The notes beneath the pieces are model-generated. The model saw only the letters and a program-made list of their open reading frames with translations. It did not search any database and was not told the origin of the DNA. From NCBI GenBank assembly GCA_021163925.1, contig JAGGTD010000002.1, positions 1 through 24,000 of the forward strand: DNA of 24,000 bases. Reading direction: 5' to 3'. Source of the stretch: Nitrososphaerota archaeon (GTDB taxonomy: Archaea > Thermoproteota > Nitrososphaeria_A > Caldarchaeales > Wolframiiraptoraceae). This document shows, in pieces, positions 8,118-15,761 of the stretch (the stretch's first letter is position 1; each line of letters opens with the position of its first letter). Position numbers and translations under genes: made by a program.

Positions 8118-9752
8118 CTATCTCATAGATGTTAGGAGATGCAGCTTTTTCACCATTGTGGGCAACATAGCTCTGGTGAGCTCGCGGGTGCTTCTAATAT
8201 CGACTCTAGAGTATTCTTTGTCTATGATGTTGGGATCTTTCTCTACGCCGCTTATCCAATCTTCTAGGGCGTCTATGGCAAGAGATGCTAGGTTGCTGAA
8301 TATCCTTGAGAGTAGCGGGTTCTTAATTCTTATCACCCTCCTAGCCAATATCTTGGAGTTGGCGACGCTTAACTTGCAGCCAGCTATCATGCAGTCGATC
8401 GCCTCTTGCGGTAGGTTAGAGATGCCTGAACTCGGGAAATCCACTCCCTTCCTCTCTATTATGGTTCCACCCATGGGTATCAGTAGTAGTGGGAAGGTCC
8501 ATCCCATGAATCCCTCACTCTTCAATCTGTCTATCAACTCTGTAGTCGCTATATAGTCGTCCGGCGTGGCGTCGGGGAAGCCTATGATATAGGTGAAACA
8601 TGGATACCAGTATGAGTCGTTGAATAATTTTGCAGACTCAACCACGATGTTTGGCCAATCCTCTGGCTTCCAAGGATATGCCTTTCCTCTAAAATATTTG
8701 GCGACGATCCTAGGACTCCCGGATTCCAAGCCTACTTGAGGAAACGTCGGCTCAGCATCGCTTAACTCCTGGATCTCGGTTATGTACTTGACAACATCTT
8801 TCAAAACCAGAGCTGAGGCGCAGGAGACGTGTGAGAAACCTATTTTTTTGTCGGGAACTCCCCACCTTCTCGCCAAGTCCACAACTACTTTAAACAGTTT
8901 CTTGACGGCATCGGGGTTTAATTTAAGCCCATGGGCGCCATATAGTAATACGTCCTCCGTAACAAGTGATATATTGTTCTTGATGCCATTCTTCAGGTTA
9001 AACTCCATCTCCTCTACAATAACGTCTAGGGGAAATGATCTAAAATGCCACATAGTTGGATTGCAGAAGTGGCATCTCCTAGGACATCCGCGGGTGATCT
9101 GAACCAGCCCGTTTCTAGAAGGCGTCATTATCAATGGAATCCTATCCAATGGCATGGGCTCTCCTCTAACATATCTCGGAACCTCCTCGCCGTCGAGCAG
9201 TTTCTTGACGATTATTGGGAATGTTACCTCGGCTTCGCCATCAAATAATACGTCTATCCCATACTTATCCTCATATCCTCTTAGCTGCCAATTTCCCGGC
9301 CCACCTATAATCACCTTAAACCCATACTTCTCTTTTAACGCTCTTACGACGTTCATCAGCTTCTCAAACTCAAGCTCGGTACAGCTCTTACCGCCGCCAG
9401 CTAATGCCTTTAAGGTCCAAGTGACCGGAGCTAAACCCTTGGGATCGAGCACGTGTATTGCAACTATCTCCGTATCCCTGTCGATAGCCTTCGCAACCAT
9501 GCGTGGGGGGACGATGAGGACATCATCCCTACTGAAGCCTGCGGCGATTAACGATGCCTCCACCTTACATATAGCGTAGGGAGCATATTTAGCTCTCAAA
9601 CCCTTGGTAGGGACCTTAGGGGAGAGTATGTGGTATTGCACTAGCTCGGGCACGATTCTGTATGGGAGGCATAATCCGAAGCCGAAGAGGTCGGCTCCAT
9701 GATAATCTGTGAAGACCGCCCTATCAGCTGTTAAGATGATCTTATTAGCCAT
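8118..9752 (-). CDS. Radical SAM enzyme with an N-terminal B12-binding-like (Rossmann) domain; function unknown
   Basis: 544-aa ORF with ATG start. The CX3CX2C cluster motif is in ITRGCPRRCHFCNP. The N-terminal ~190 aa (IILTADRAVFTDYHG...VIIGGPG) resemble the B12-binding/radical-SAM archaeal families. Confidence 0.75.
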   Translation of the reverse strand: MANKIILTADRAVFTDYHGADLFGFGLCLPYRIVPELVQYHILSPKVPTKGLRAKYAPYAICKVEASLIAAGFSRDDVLIVPPRMVAKAIDRDTEIVAIHVLDPKGLAPVTWTLKALAGGGKSCTELEFEKLMNVVRALKEKYGFKVIIGGPGNWQLRGYEDKYGIDVLFDGEAEVTFPIIVKKLLDGEEVPRYVRGEPMPLDRIPLIMTPSRNGLVQITRGCPRRCHFCNPTMWHFRSFPLDVIVEEMEFNLKNGIKNNISLVTEDVLLYGAHGLKLNPDAVKKLFKVVVDLARRWGVPDKKIGFSHVSCASALVLKDVVKYITEIQELSDAEPTFPQVGLESGSPRIVAKYFRGKAYPWKPEDWPNIVVESAKLFNDSYWYPCFTYIIGFPDATPDDYIATTELIDRLKSEGFMGWTFPLLLIPMGGTIIERKGVDFPSSGISNLPQEAIDCMIAGCKLSVANSKILARRVIRIKNPLLSRIFSNLASLAIDALEDWISGVEKDPNIIDKEYSRVDIRSTRELTRAMLPTMVKKLHLLTSMR

Positions 9753-10019
9753 CTCATAAGTTAATTATTGTAATACTGCACGTTAAACTTATCCACCCTA
9801 AAAAACTGGGAAATGGTATGAGAGCATCCAAGGATAAAATATCGGCCTGTTCATCCCTATTTTTGGATATATTCTGACGGCTGACGCAGTACCCTCCACT
9901 GGCTCTCAAAGCTCGTTTAAGAAAGACTTAGGCTAAGGTAGAGTTTATTAGCAGAGCTTTAAGATCTGTTAAGGAGAGAATTGAGTTTAATACTTAAGGA
10001 ATCGACGTTATTATTGGCG

Positions 10020-10135
10020 GCCGGGGTGCCTTAGCCTGGTAGAGGGTCGGCCTCGAGATCATAGAAGCTGGTCAGAGGCGGGTGAGCCGATGCCCCATGC
10101 GGGGCGCGTGGGTTCAAATCCCACCCCCGGCGCCA
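10020..10135 (+). tRNA. tRNA-Ser (anticodon CGA at 10054-10056) with a ~27-nt anticodon-loop intron (about 10058-10085), a long variable arm and an encoded CCA
   Basis: Manual fold: acceptor GCCGGGG/CCCCGGC, anticodon stem TCGGC/GCCGA flanking CTCGAGA, variable arm GCCCC-ATGC-GGGGC, T arm GTGGG-TTCAAAT-CCCAC, discriminator G (typical for Ser), then CCA at 10133-10135. A TATA-like tttaatac (9986-9993) lies ~30 nt upstream. Confidence 0.85.
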
Positions 10136-10388
10136 GCCTTAAACACACTATATCCTCCCAAATTGGTTAATGGTCTCTCTTTGGGGGTTTCAGGTGAATT
10201 TAAGTCAGTGAGCAAGGGTGTCGGGAGAGATCCTTCTATTCTCTTTTAAGGATTCACTTGATGACCGCGATGGCGTAAGTTGTTCACGACTTCCCTTTTA
10301 ATCCTCTTTTTAAGATTCCTCGGTCTCAAACTCGGCGGCAAACCTCCTCCATGTATGTTTAAATGTCCTCTCTACCCGATCTTATCGA

Positions 10389-11072
10389 ATGAGGTTAAGG
10401 TTTGGTAAGTTCGTCTTGCTGGCCATGACGATCATAATGATCTATGTATTGCTCGTTAGAGGTTTTCCGATCCTCATGGAGTCTCTCAAGAGACCTGATG
10501 GAATTCATCCAAGTCCGGTGGTCGAGCTTCAGGTTGAGTGCGCCGATGGATCGTATATGATCGTGAGAGGTAATGGTTCTCGAACTTCTTGCGCGGTTAA
10601 GCGAGCTTTCCAGCTAGTCTTGACCCTGTTAAATAATAGTAGTGAGCCGAGCGTCAGGGATGTTGAAACGGCTTCTGGGGCGATGATCTTATTGGAGGGA
10701 GGCAGGGTTGCGGGGTATGAGCTAAGGGGATTCGATAGCATAACAGGGGTGACTGAGGAAGGTGAGCTGATTGACCCGATTGGATCGAGGATAATCGAGG
10801 TCTTCTCCAGACATGTTGGTGGCTGGGCTAGGAAGATTGTGAAGCTGAATATAACCGTGGATGAGGGTGTAGGCGTTGTTCAGCTGAGGTTTAGGGGCTG
10901 GATAATCGATGAGGATGATAAGGTTTGGAATCCCATGGATAAAGTTAAGGAATACTATTGTGCTAGAGATCCGCCCGAAGACCCTATTGAGAATCCGCCC
11001 GATTCGAGGTGGAGTGGGAGAAACTTCCTAAAGTATAAGACATATGTAGTTCAGGTTCGAGTTGCTCAATGA
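10389..11072 (+). CDS. Hypothetical protein with a single N-terminal hydrophobic anchor or signal; no family recognised
   Basis: 227-aa ORF with ATG start. The N-terminus is MRLRFGKFVLLAMTIIMIYVLLV. A TATA-like gtttaaatg lies ~30 nt upstream. There are no recognisable catalytic motifs. Confidence 0.6.
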   Translation: MRLRFGKFVLLAMTIIMIYVLLVRGFPILMESLKRPDGIHPSPVVELQVECADGSYMIVRGNGSRTSCAVKRAFQLVLTLLNNSSEPSVRDVETASGAMILLEGGRVAGYELRGFDSITGVTEEGELIDPIGSRIIEVFSRHVGGWARKIVKLNITVDEGVGVVQLRFRGWIIDEDDKVWNPMDKVKEYYCARDPPEDPIENPPDSRWSGRNFLKYKTYVVQVRVAQ

Positions 11073-11081
11073 CCCCTCCTT

Positions 11082-11915
11082 CTAATGCTGTGCCACCATT
11101 CCCAATACTCCGACCGCTAGCGTGATCATAGCTAAGATCAAGGTGAATAGATAGGTCTTCAGCCTCTCCGACAATTTTAGGAGACTTGATATCGTGAATA
11201 ATGATGTGATTATCGCCGTGAGCGACGATATTGTTAAGATGAGGATCCTCGACTCAATGAGTATAGGCATGGCCGCGTATGAATAAACTATCCCGCCTAT
11301 CGTCGCAGGTATCCCCATTAGGAAGCTCAGCCTCAGCGAGTCCCTCGAGCTATGGCCTAGCAGGATAAGGGTGAAGATCGTTATCCCACTCCTACTTATC
11401 CCCGGGAGAGCCGAGAGCCCTTGCGCAAATCCCGCCAACACCGCGTCTATGAGACTCACCTCCCTCACCTCATCGACTCCTCCACTCATTCTAGTTCTAA
11501 GCCAGGTGAGGATCGTGGTTAGGAGGAAGAGAGATCCCATGACGATCATCGCGACATTCTCATCAAACGATATGAATTTCCTTGAGAGCTGTGCAAGTGG
11601 GATGGCGACCAGCCCAGTTAAGATTGTGGAGATTATGAGAAACTTGAAGACGGCGAATCCCTCTCTATATCTCCTCGGAGACCTTATCGACGAGAGCATC
11701 TCAAGAATCTCCTTCTTGAAATAGATGATCGCCGCCACAGCCGTTGCGCCGTTTATCACAAGCCCCATCAAATACGCGGTTTGAGCATCAAAACCATAGG
11801 CGAGAAGTGTTAGGAGGATGAGGGTCTTACTGCTGACCGGAAGCCACTCAGTTACTCCTTGGATCAAGCCCGCTAGAAGCGCGGCGAAGAGATCTCGGCT
11901 CAAGTCCATGAGCAT
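11082..11915 (-). CDS. uppP: Undecaprenyl-diphosphate phosphatase (UppP/BacA family)
   Basis: 277-aa polytopic membrane ORF carrying both family signatures: GVTEWLPVSS near the N-terminus and LPGISRSGITI in the middle. Confidence 0.85.
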   Translation of the reverse strand: MLMDLSRDLFAALLAGLIQGVTEWLPVSSKTLILLTLLAYGFDAQTAYLMGLVINGATAVAAIIYFKKEILEMLSSIRSPRRYREGFAVFKFLIISTILTGLVAIPLAQLSRKFISFDENVAMIVMGSLFLLTTILTWLRTRMSGGVDEVREVSLIDAVLAGFAQGLSALPGISRSGITIFTLILLGHSSRDSLRLSFLMGIPATIGGIVYSYAAMPILIESRILILTISSLTAIITSLFTISSLLKLSERLKTYLFTLILAMITLAVGVLGMVAQH

Positions 11916-11985
11916 CGTGTCCGCGTCACACTATTTAGGGAATTTCATCCAAAGAGCAGCTTAAATCCACGCTCCTGGGAGAACT

Positions 11986-13173
11986 TTGAAATACTCTCGT
12001 AACAGAGATGACTTGGAGATGATCATAAGGCTTCCTAGAAGAGTCTCGGAGAAGGAGTGCGCGGTCTGCGGCAAGAGATCAAAACTCATCTCAAATTCCA
12101 TCAAGGTCTGCGTCGACTGTCTGAGGGAGAGGTCTGAGGAAGCTTTAAGGTATCCTATGGAGACGCATGAAGAGGTTAGGAGGAGGTTCGGGCTTCCACC
12201 AACTCCTCCCAGATCGGTGGATGGTGTTAAATGCAATCTATGTAGTGCTGAGTGCGTGATGGGGGAGGGGGAGAGAAGCTATTGCGGATTAAGGGAGAAT
12301 AGGGGTGGAAAGCTATTCTCATTGGCTGACTCGGAGAACGCGCTACTCCACTATTACCTCGACCCCCACGTCACGAACTGCTGTAACGCATGGTTCTGCC
12401 CAGCTGGAACTGGATCAGGCTACCCAGTTTATGCCGTTAAAGATGGCCCTGAATACGGCTACTATAACCTCGCCCTATTCTTCTATGGATGTAGCTTCGA
12501 CTGCCTCTTCTGCCAGAATTGGAGTCATAAGAATTTGAGGGATGCGAAAAGAGTTCATGTGAGGGAGATAGTGGACTTGACCCTCGAGGATAGGAGGATA
12601 ACATGCTGGTGCTGGTTCGGCGGGACTCCCGAACCCCAGCTCCCATTCGCGATAAATGCTTCGAGACTCATCTTGGAGGAAAAGCCGAGCAATAGAATTA
12701 TGAGGATATGTTTTGAGTGGAATGGGTCTGGAAACCCAAACCTCGTTAGGAAGGCGGCTGAATTATCGTTTGAGAGCGGTGGAAACATAAAATTCGATCT
12801 AAAAGCATTTACTCCGAGCGTTCACATGGCCTTGACTGGAAGAGATAATAAGCGGACATTTGAAAACTTTGAGCTAATCTATCGAGAGTTTTATGAGAGG
12901 AGGAGGGGTGTTCCGGTCTTGGCCGCCACAACCCTACTCGTCCCACATTATGTCGATGAGTATGAGGTTTCAAGGATAGCCGAGTTCATAGCAAGCCTAG
13001 ACCCAGAGATACCGTACAGTCTCCTAATATTCCATCCAGACTTCATGATGAGCGATGTGACGGTGACCCCGAGGAAACAGGTTGAGAGCTGCTATAGGGC
13101 TGCGAAGAGATATTTGAAGAACGTGAATATAGGGAACATAGCCTTGCTAGGGCTCGCCGAGGCCGGGCTATAA
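11986..13173 (+). CDS. Radical SAM enzyme, PflA/COG1180-like, with an N-terminal Cys-rich (zinc-ribbon-like) region
   Basis: 395-aa ORF from TTG 11986 (alternative ATG at 12019). The radical SAM motif is FFYGCSFDCLFCQNWSH. The N-terminus has CAVCGK...CVDC and further Cys pairs. Confidence 0.75.
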   Translation: MKYSRNRDDLEMIIRLPRRVSEKECAVCGKRSKLISNSIKVCVDCLRERSEEALRYPMETHEEVRRRFGLPPTPPRSVDGVKCNLCSAECVMGEGERSYCGLRENRGGKLFSLADSENALLHYYLDPHVTNCCNAWFCPAGTGSGYPVYAVKDGPEYGYYNLALFFYGCSFDCLFCQNWSHKNLRDAKRVHVREIVDLTLEDRRITCWCWFGGTPEPQLPFAINASRLILEEKPSNRIMRICFEWNGSGNPNLVRKAAELSFESGGNIKFDLKAFTPSVHMALTGRDNKRTFENFELIYREFYERRRGVPVLAATTLLVPHYVDEYEVSRIAEFIASLDPEIPYSLLIFHPDFMMSDVTVTPRKQVESCYRAAKRYLKNVNIGNIALLGLAEAGL

Positions 13174-14247
13174 TTCCCAGCTAACTGGAACGAATCTATA
13201 GTCGCTCATAAATCCGGGTGGAGGCCTGCCGTAGATCGCTATCGGATATCCGCAGAACTTACACCTATTCTTCTCATCTAGATTCCATGAGAGGATGTCA
13301 AATCCATATCTCTCAACCACAACCTTACCGCATTCAGGGCAATAGGTGCTCTCATACGGGTGACCTGGAACATTTCCGAGATAGACGTATCTCATCCCCT
13401 CCTCCTTGGCGATCTCATAATGCTTCTCAAGGGTCTTGATGGGAGTTACGGGGAGATCTAGAAGCTTGTAGTCTGGATGGAATCTAAGGAAGTGGATCGG
13501 AATATCTGGGCCGAGATTATCATAGATCCACCTCACAAGCCTTCTCGCGGCGTTTAAATCGTCTCCGATCCTAGGAACGACCAAGTCTGTTATCTCGATG
13601 TGTATGTTCGTCTTATCCCTTATCTCTAGAAGTGTCTGGAATATAGGCTCGGGATCTGGGACGCTCGCAAACTTTCTCAGGAAATCTCTATCCGCATTTC
13701 CCTTGAAGTCCACGGTCGCGGCGTCAAGGAAATCCTTCGCCTCGTTCACCGATTCAGGTGTCCAGTAGCCGTTTGTTACGAATACGTTTATCAATCCCTC
13801 CCTCCTCGCGATTACACCGACATCGTGGGCGAACTCCATGAAGATCGTCGGCTCATTATAGGTGTATGCGATTCCATGGCTCCCATGCTTCTTAGCCATC
13901 TTAACGACCAGCTCGGGAGTTACGTCCACGCCCTCAACCCTCCTCCTCTGACTGATATCATAGTTTTGACAATATTGGCATGCCCAATCGCATCCAGTTG
14001 TGGCTATGGAGAAGACCTTAGAACCGGGCGCGAAGTGGACTAATGGCTTCTTCTCGATGGGATCAACGTGGGCGGCGATGATCTTTCCATAGACGAGGAG
14101 GTAGAGGGTTCCATCCACATTCATCCTAACCCCACAGAACCCCACCTGACCCGGCCTAAGCCTACAATATCTCGGACAAGCCTTGCACACGACCATCTTA
14201 TCTCCAATCCTCTCGAAGAGCCTTGCAGGCGCTCCAGAAACTTTCAT
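13168..14247 (-). CDS. AmmeMemoRadiSam-system-type radical SAM enzyme (PflA-like)
   Basis: 359-aa ORF. Family-typical string: CKACPRYCRLRPGQVGFCGVRMN...VDPIEKKPLVHFAPGSKVFSIATTGCDWACQYCQNYDISQ. The C-terminus has a zinc-ribbon-like CPECGK...CKFCG. No AMMECR1 or Memo gene is in the window. Confidence 0.8.
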   Translation of the reverse strand: MKVSGAPARLFERIGDKMVVCKACPRYCRLRPGQVGFCGVRMNVDGTLYLLVYGKIIAAHVDPIEKKPLVHFAPGSKVFSIATTGCDWACQYCQNYDISQRRRVEGVDVTPELVVKMAKKHGSHGIAYTYNEPTIFMEFAHDVGVIARREGLINVFVTNGYWTPESVNEAKDFLDAATVDFKGNADRDFLRKFASVPDPEPIFQTLLEIRDKTNIHIEITDLVVPRIGDDLNAARRLVRWIYDNLGPDIPIHFLRFHPDYKLLDLPVTPIKTLEKHYEIAKEEGMRYVYLGNVPGHPYESTYCPECGKVVVERYGFDILSWNLDEKNRCKFCGYPIAIYGRPPPGFMSDYRFVPVSWEL

Positions 14248-14336
14248 AGTATCATCCTTAACACCTTTAGCAGAGCATATAAGGTTTTTGATTAGAGGAT
14301 TGCTTAAATCTTCGAAGACCTTGATTATCGGCGATC

Positions 14337-14759
14337 TTGAGAGGGGTTTACTTACTATTGTTAATGGTTGGACGCGATCTGAAGATTAGGGTTGGATCCT
14401 TGGGAGTTGTAAGGTTTAAGAGGGGTTACTACGTCTACGTCGGGTCAGGTCAAAGGTATCTTGAGAAGAGAATTCAAAGGCATAAGAAGAAGATCAAGAA
14501 GGTTAAGTGGCACATAGACTACTTGACGACAAATAGCGGTGTTAGAGTGATGGAAGCGGCGGTATACAATCTACCGAAAAAGTATGAGTGCATATTTGCA
14601 GACATGTTACGGAGCATGGGATTCAAATCCGTTAAGGGCTTCGGATCAACCGACTGCAAGTGCATCTCACATCTGTATCAAATTGATGTGGATTTTGATC
14701 GAATAGTTGATGAGATTTCGGATAAAGTTCGCGTTAAGCCGTTAAGGTTGGATCCATGA
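14337..14759 (+). CDS. GIY-YIG (Uri) superfamily DUF123/COG1833-type putative endonuclease
   Basis: 140-aa ORF with TTG start. Family-typical string: GVYLLLL...IRVGSLGVVRFKRGYYVYVGSGQRYLEKRIQRHKKK..KWHIDYL. Confidence 0.75.
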   Translation: MRGVYLLLLMVGRDLKIRVGSLGVVRFKRGYYVYVGSGQRYLEKRIQRHKKKIKKVKWHIDYLTTNSGVRVMEAAVYNLPKKYECIFADMLRSMGFKSVKGFGSTDCKCISHLYQIDVDFDRIVDEISDKVRVKPLRLDP

Positions 14760-14761
14760 AA

Positions 14762-14971
14762 TCATCTCCTTCTTCTACCCCTTACAGATCTCCTTGAGAC
14801 CTTCTCGATTATCATGCGAGAATTGTTCACGTCAACCGATATCGCGAGCTCGTCTCCTTCCTTGAACGGAAACTGGCTGTCATGCGCTAGCTTGGCCGGT
14901 ATGTGGATGTAATAGTATTCATTCCCACTCACATGGGTCTTCTTCCTTAGATGGCTCCTCGCCCTCAACAT
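14762..14971 (-). CDS. Small basic protein, possibly an AbrB/SpoVT-like swapped-hairpin DNA binder
   Basis: 69-aa ORF with ATG start. The core (YYIHIPAKLAHDSQFPFKEGDELAISVDVNNSRMIIEKV) fits the AbrB-type pattern, and the tail (RGRRRR) is very basic. The assignment is by pattern only. Confidence 0.45.
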   Translation of the reverse strand: MLRARSHLRKKTHVSGNEYYYIHIPAKLAHDSQFPFKEGDELAISVDVNNSRMIIEKVSRRSVRGRRRR

Positions 14972-15114
14972 CTCCGCCCGCCTCCTATATGGTGGGGAGA
15001 TTGATATATAAAAATTATTGATAAAAAAAGGTTATGATTTTTGGAGAACTTGCTTTAAAGGATTCCGGGAAACCTTTTTATTACGCTCCCTATCGATTGG
15101 ATTTAAGCCTAGAG

Positions 15115-15351
15115 ATGGGGAGGGTTAGGACTAGGAAGGTGAAGGTGCTGGCTAGGGAGATCTTAAAGACATTCCCAGATAGGGTTACAACTGACTTTGA
15201 GCTTAATAAGAAGCTAGTCGGCGAGGTCTTGGTCGGAAGGGTCTCGAAGAAGCTAAGGAATAAGGTGGCGGGCTATCTAACGGCTCTCGCTAAAAAGCTT
15301 GAGGCCGAGAGGCGGGAGGCCGAAGAAGTTAAGGAAGAGGCAACCGCTTAA
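15115..15351 (+). CDS. rps17e: 30S ribosomal protein S17e (eS17)
   Basis: MGRVRTRKVKVLAREILKTFPDRVTTDFELNKKLVGEV...SKKLRNKVAGYLT matches the eS17 pattern. The ORF-track start at 15034 adds 27 non-homologous residues. ATG 15115 has a TATA-like ctttttatta (15074-15083) ~35 nt upstream. Confidence 0.9.
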   Translation: MGRVRTRKVKVLAREILKTFPDRVTTDFELNKKLVGEVLVGRVSKKLRNKVAGYLTALAKKLEAERREAEEVKEEATA

Positions 15352-15376
15352 ATACGGGGATGAAAGACGTTTAATT

Positions 15377-15437
15377 GCCCGATGATGAGGATGACCTGCG
15401 CGGAGCGTATATGAGGAGGATGCACCTCTCTGAGGGT
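15377..15437 (+). ncRNA. Candidate C/D box sRNA (2'-O-methylation guide)
   Basis: C box AUGAUGA 15382-15388; 12-nt guide; D' CGGA 15401-15404; 6-nt linker; C' AUGAGGA 15411-15417; 12-nt guide; D box CUGA 15430-15433. The flanks (GCCC and GGGU) can pair. This is the canonical archaeal 12/12 spacing and ~52-nt core. Confidence 0.5.
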
Positions 15438-15443
15438 TTAGGG

Positions 15444-15725
15444 ATGGGCGGCTCTATCTCGATAAGGTTGATCGGCCTCTTAAGAGGGCTTATTGGATCG
15501 GATTCTTTGGAGATAGGGGTTGAGGGCGAGCTCGGGCTTCTACAAGTCTTAAATATGCTCCCAGAAAGGCTTAAAAGAGAGGTTTTAAGGGGGGCTGGAG
15601 AGCCTTCTCCAAAGATCTTGATCTTGGTTAATGGGGTTGAGGTCACGGGATTCGGGGAGCTTGAGAAGATCAGGGTTGGAGCTGGAGATGAGATAGTTTT
15701 AATACCGATAATTCATGGGGGCTAA
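15444..15725 (+). CDS. MoaD/ThiS-family beta-grasp protein ending in Gly-Gly (SAMP/Urm1-like small modifier or sulfur carrier)
   Basis: The ORF is open from TTG 15375. ATG 15444 gives a 93-aa product, MGGSISIRLIGLLRGLIG...ILILVNGVEV...VGAGDEIVLIPIIHGG-stop, which is the MoaD/ThiS C-terminal pattern (NG...DGDE..i.P..GG). Confidence 0.75.
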   Translation: MGGSISIRLIGLLRGLIGSDSLEIGVEGELGLLQVLNMLPERLKREVLRGAGEPSPKILILVNGVEVTGFGELEKIRVGAGDEIVLIPIIHGG

Positions 15726-15761
15726 GCGTTGAGCCTAACATCCTTTGGCGACAAGTGGGTT

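Noticed and set aside
8158-9579. Several plus-strand ORFs (8158-8556, 8782-9102, 9045-9248, 9154-9579)
   Set aside because: All are antisense shadows of the 544-aa radical SAM gene. They are Ser/Leu-rich with no motifs.
9825-9893. Possible C/D box sRNA (AUGAGAG … CUGA CGG CUGA) in the long spacer upstream of tRNA-Ser
   Set aside because: The C-box is poor, no C'/D' pair can be found, and the spacing does not fit the 12-nt guide rule.
10239-10318. Possible degenerate mini-CRISPR (two repeats about 63 nt apart)
   Set aside because: There are only two copies, about 17 nt long with shifts, no further units and no cas genes. They fit AT-rich promoter-like elements better.
10020-11072. tRNA-Ser as the attachment site of an integrated element
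   Set aside because: By eye I found no direct repeat of the tRNA 3' half downstream, and there is no integrase or other mobile-element gene. I kept only a low-interest note about the orphan ORF.
14337-14971. AbrB-like small protein plus GIY-YIG nuclease as a toxin-antitoxin pair
   Set aside because: The genes are convergent (tail to tail, 2-nt gap) rather than co-transcribed. DUF123 is a widespread stand-alone archaeal gene.
15034-15114. 27-codon N-terminal extension of the S17e ORF
   Set aside because: eS17 homology starts exactly at MGRVRT (ATG 15115), and the extension would cover the TATA-like box at 15074-15083.
15375-15443. TTG-initiated N-terminal extension of the MoaD-like ORF (MPDDEDDLRGAYMRRMHLSEGLG)
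   Set aside because: MoaD/ThiS proteins begin at the first beta strand (MGGSISIRL…). This stretch is better explained by the C/D box sRNA architecture.
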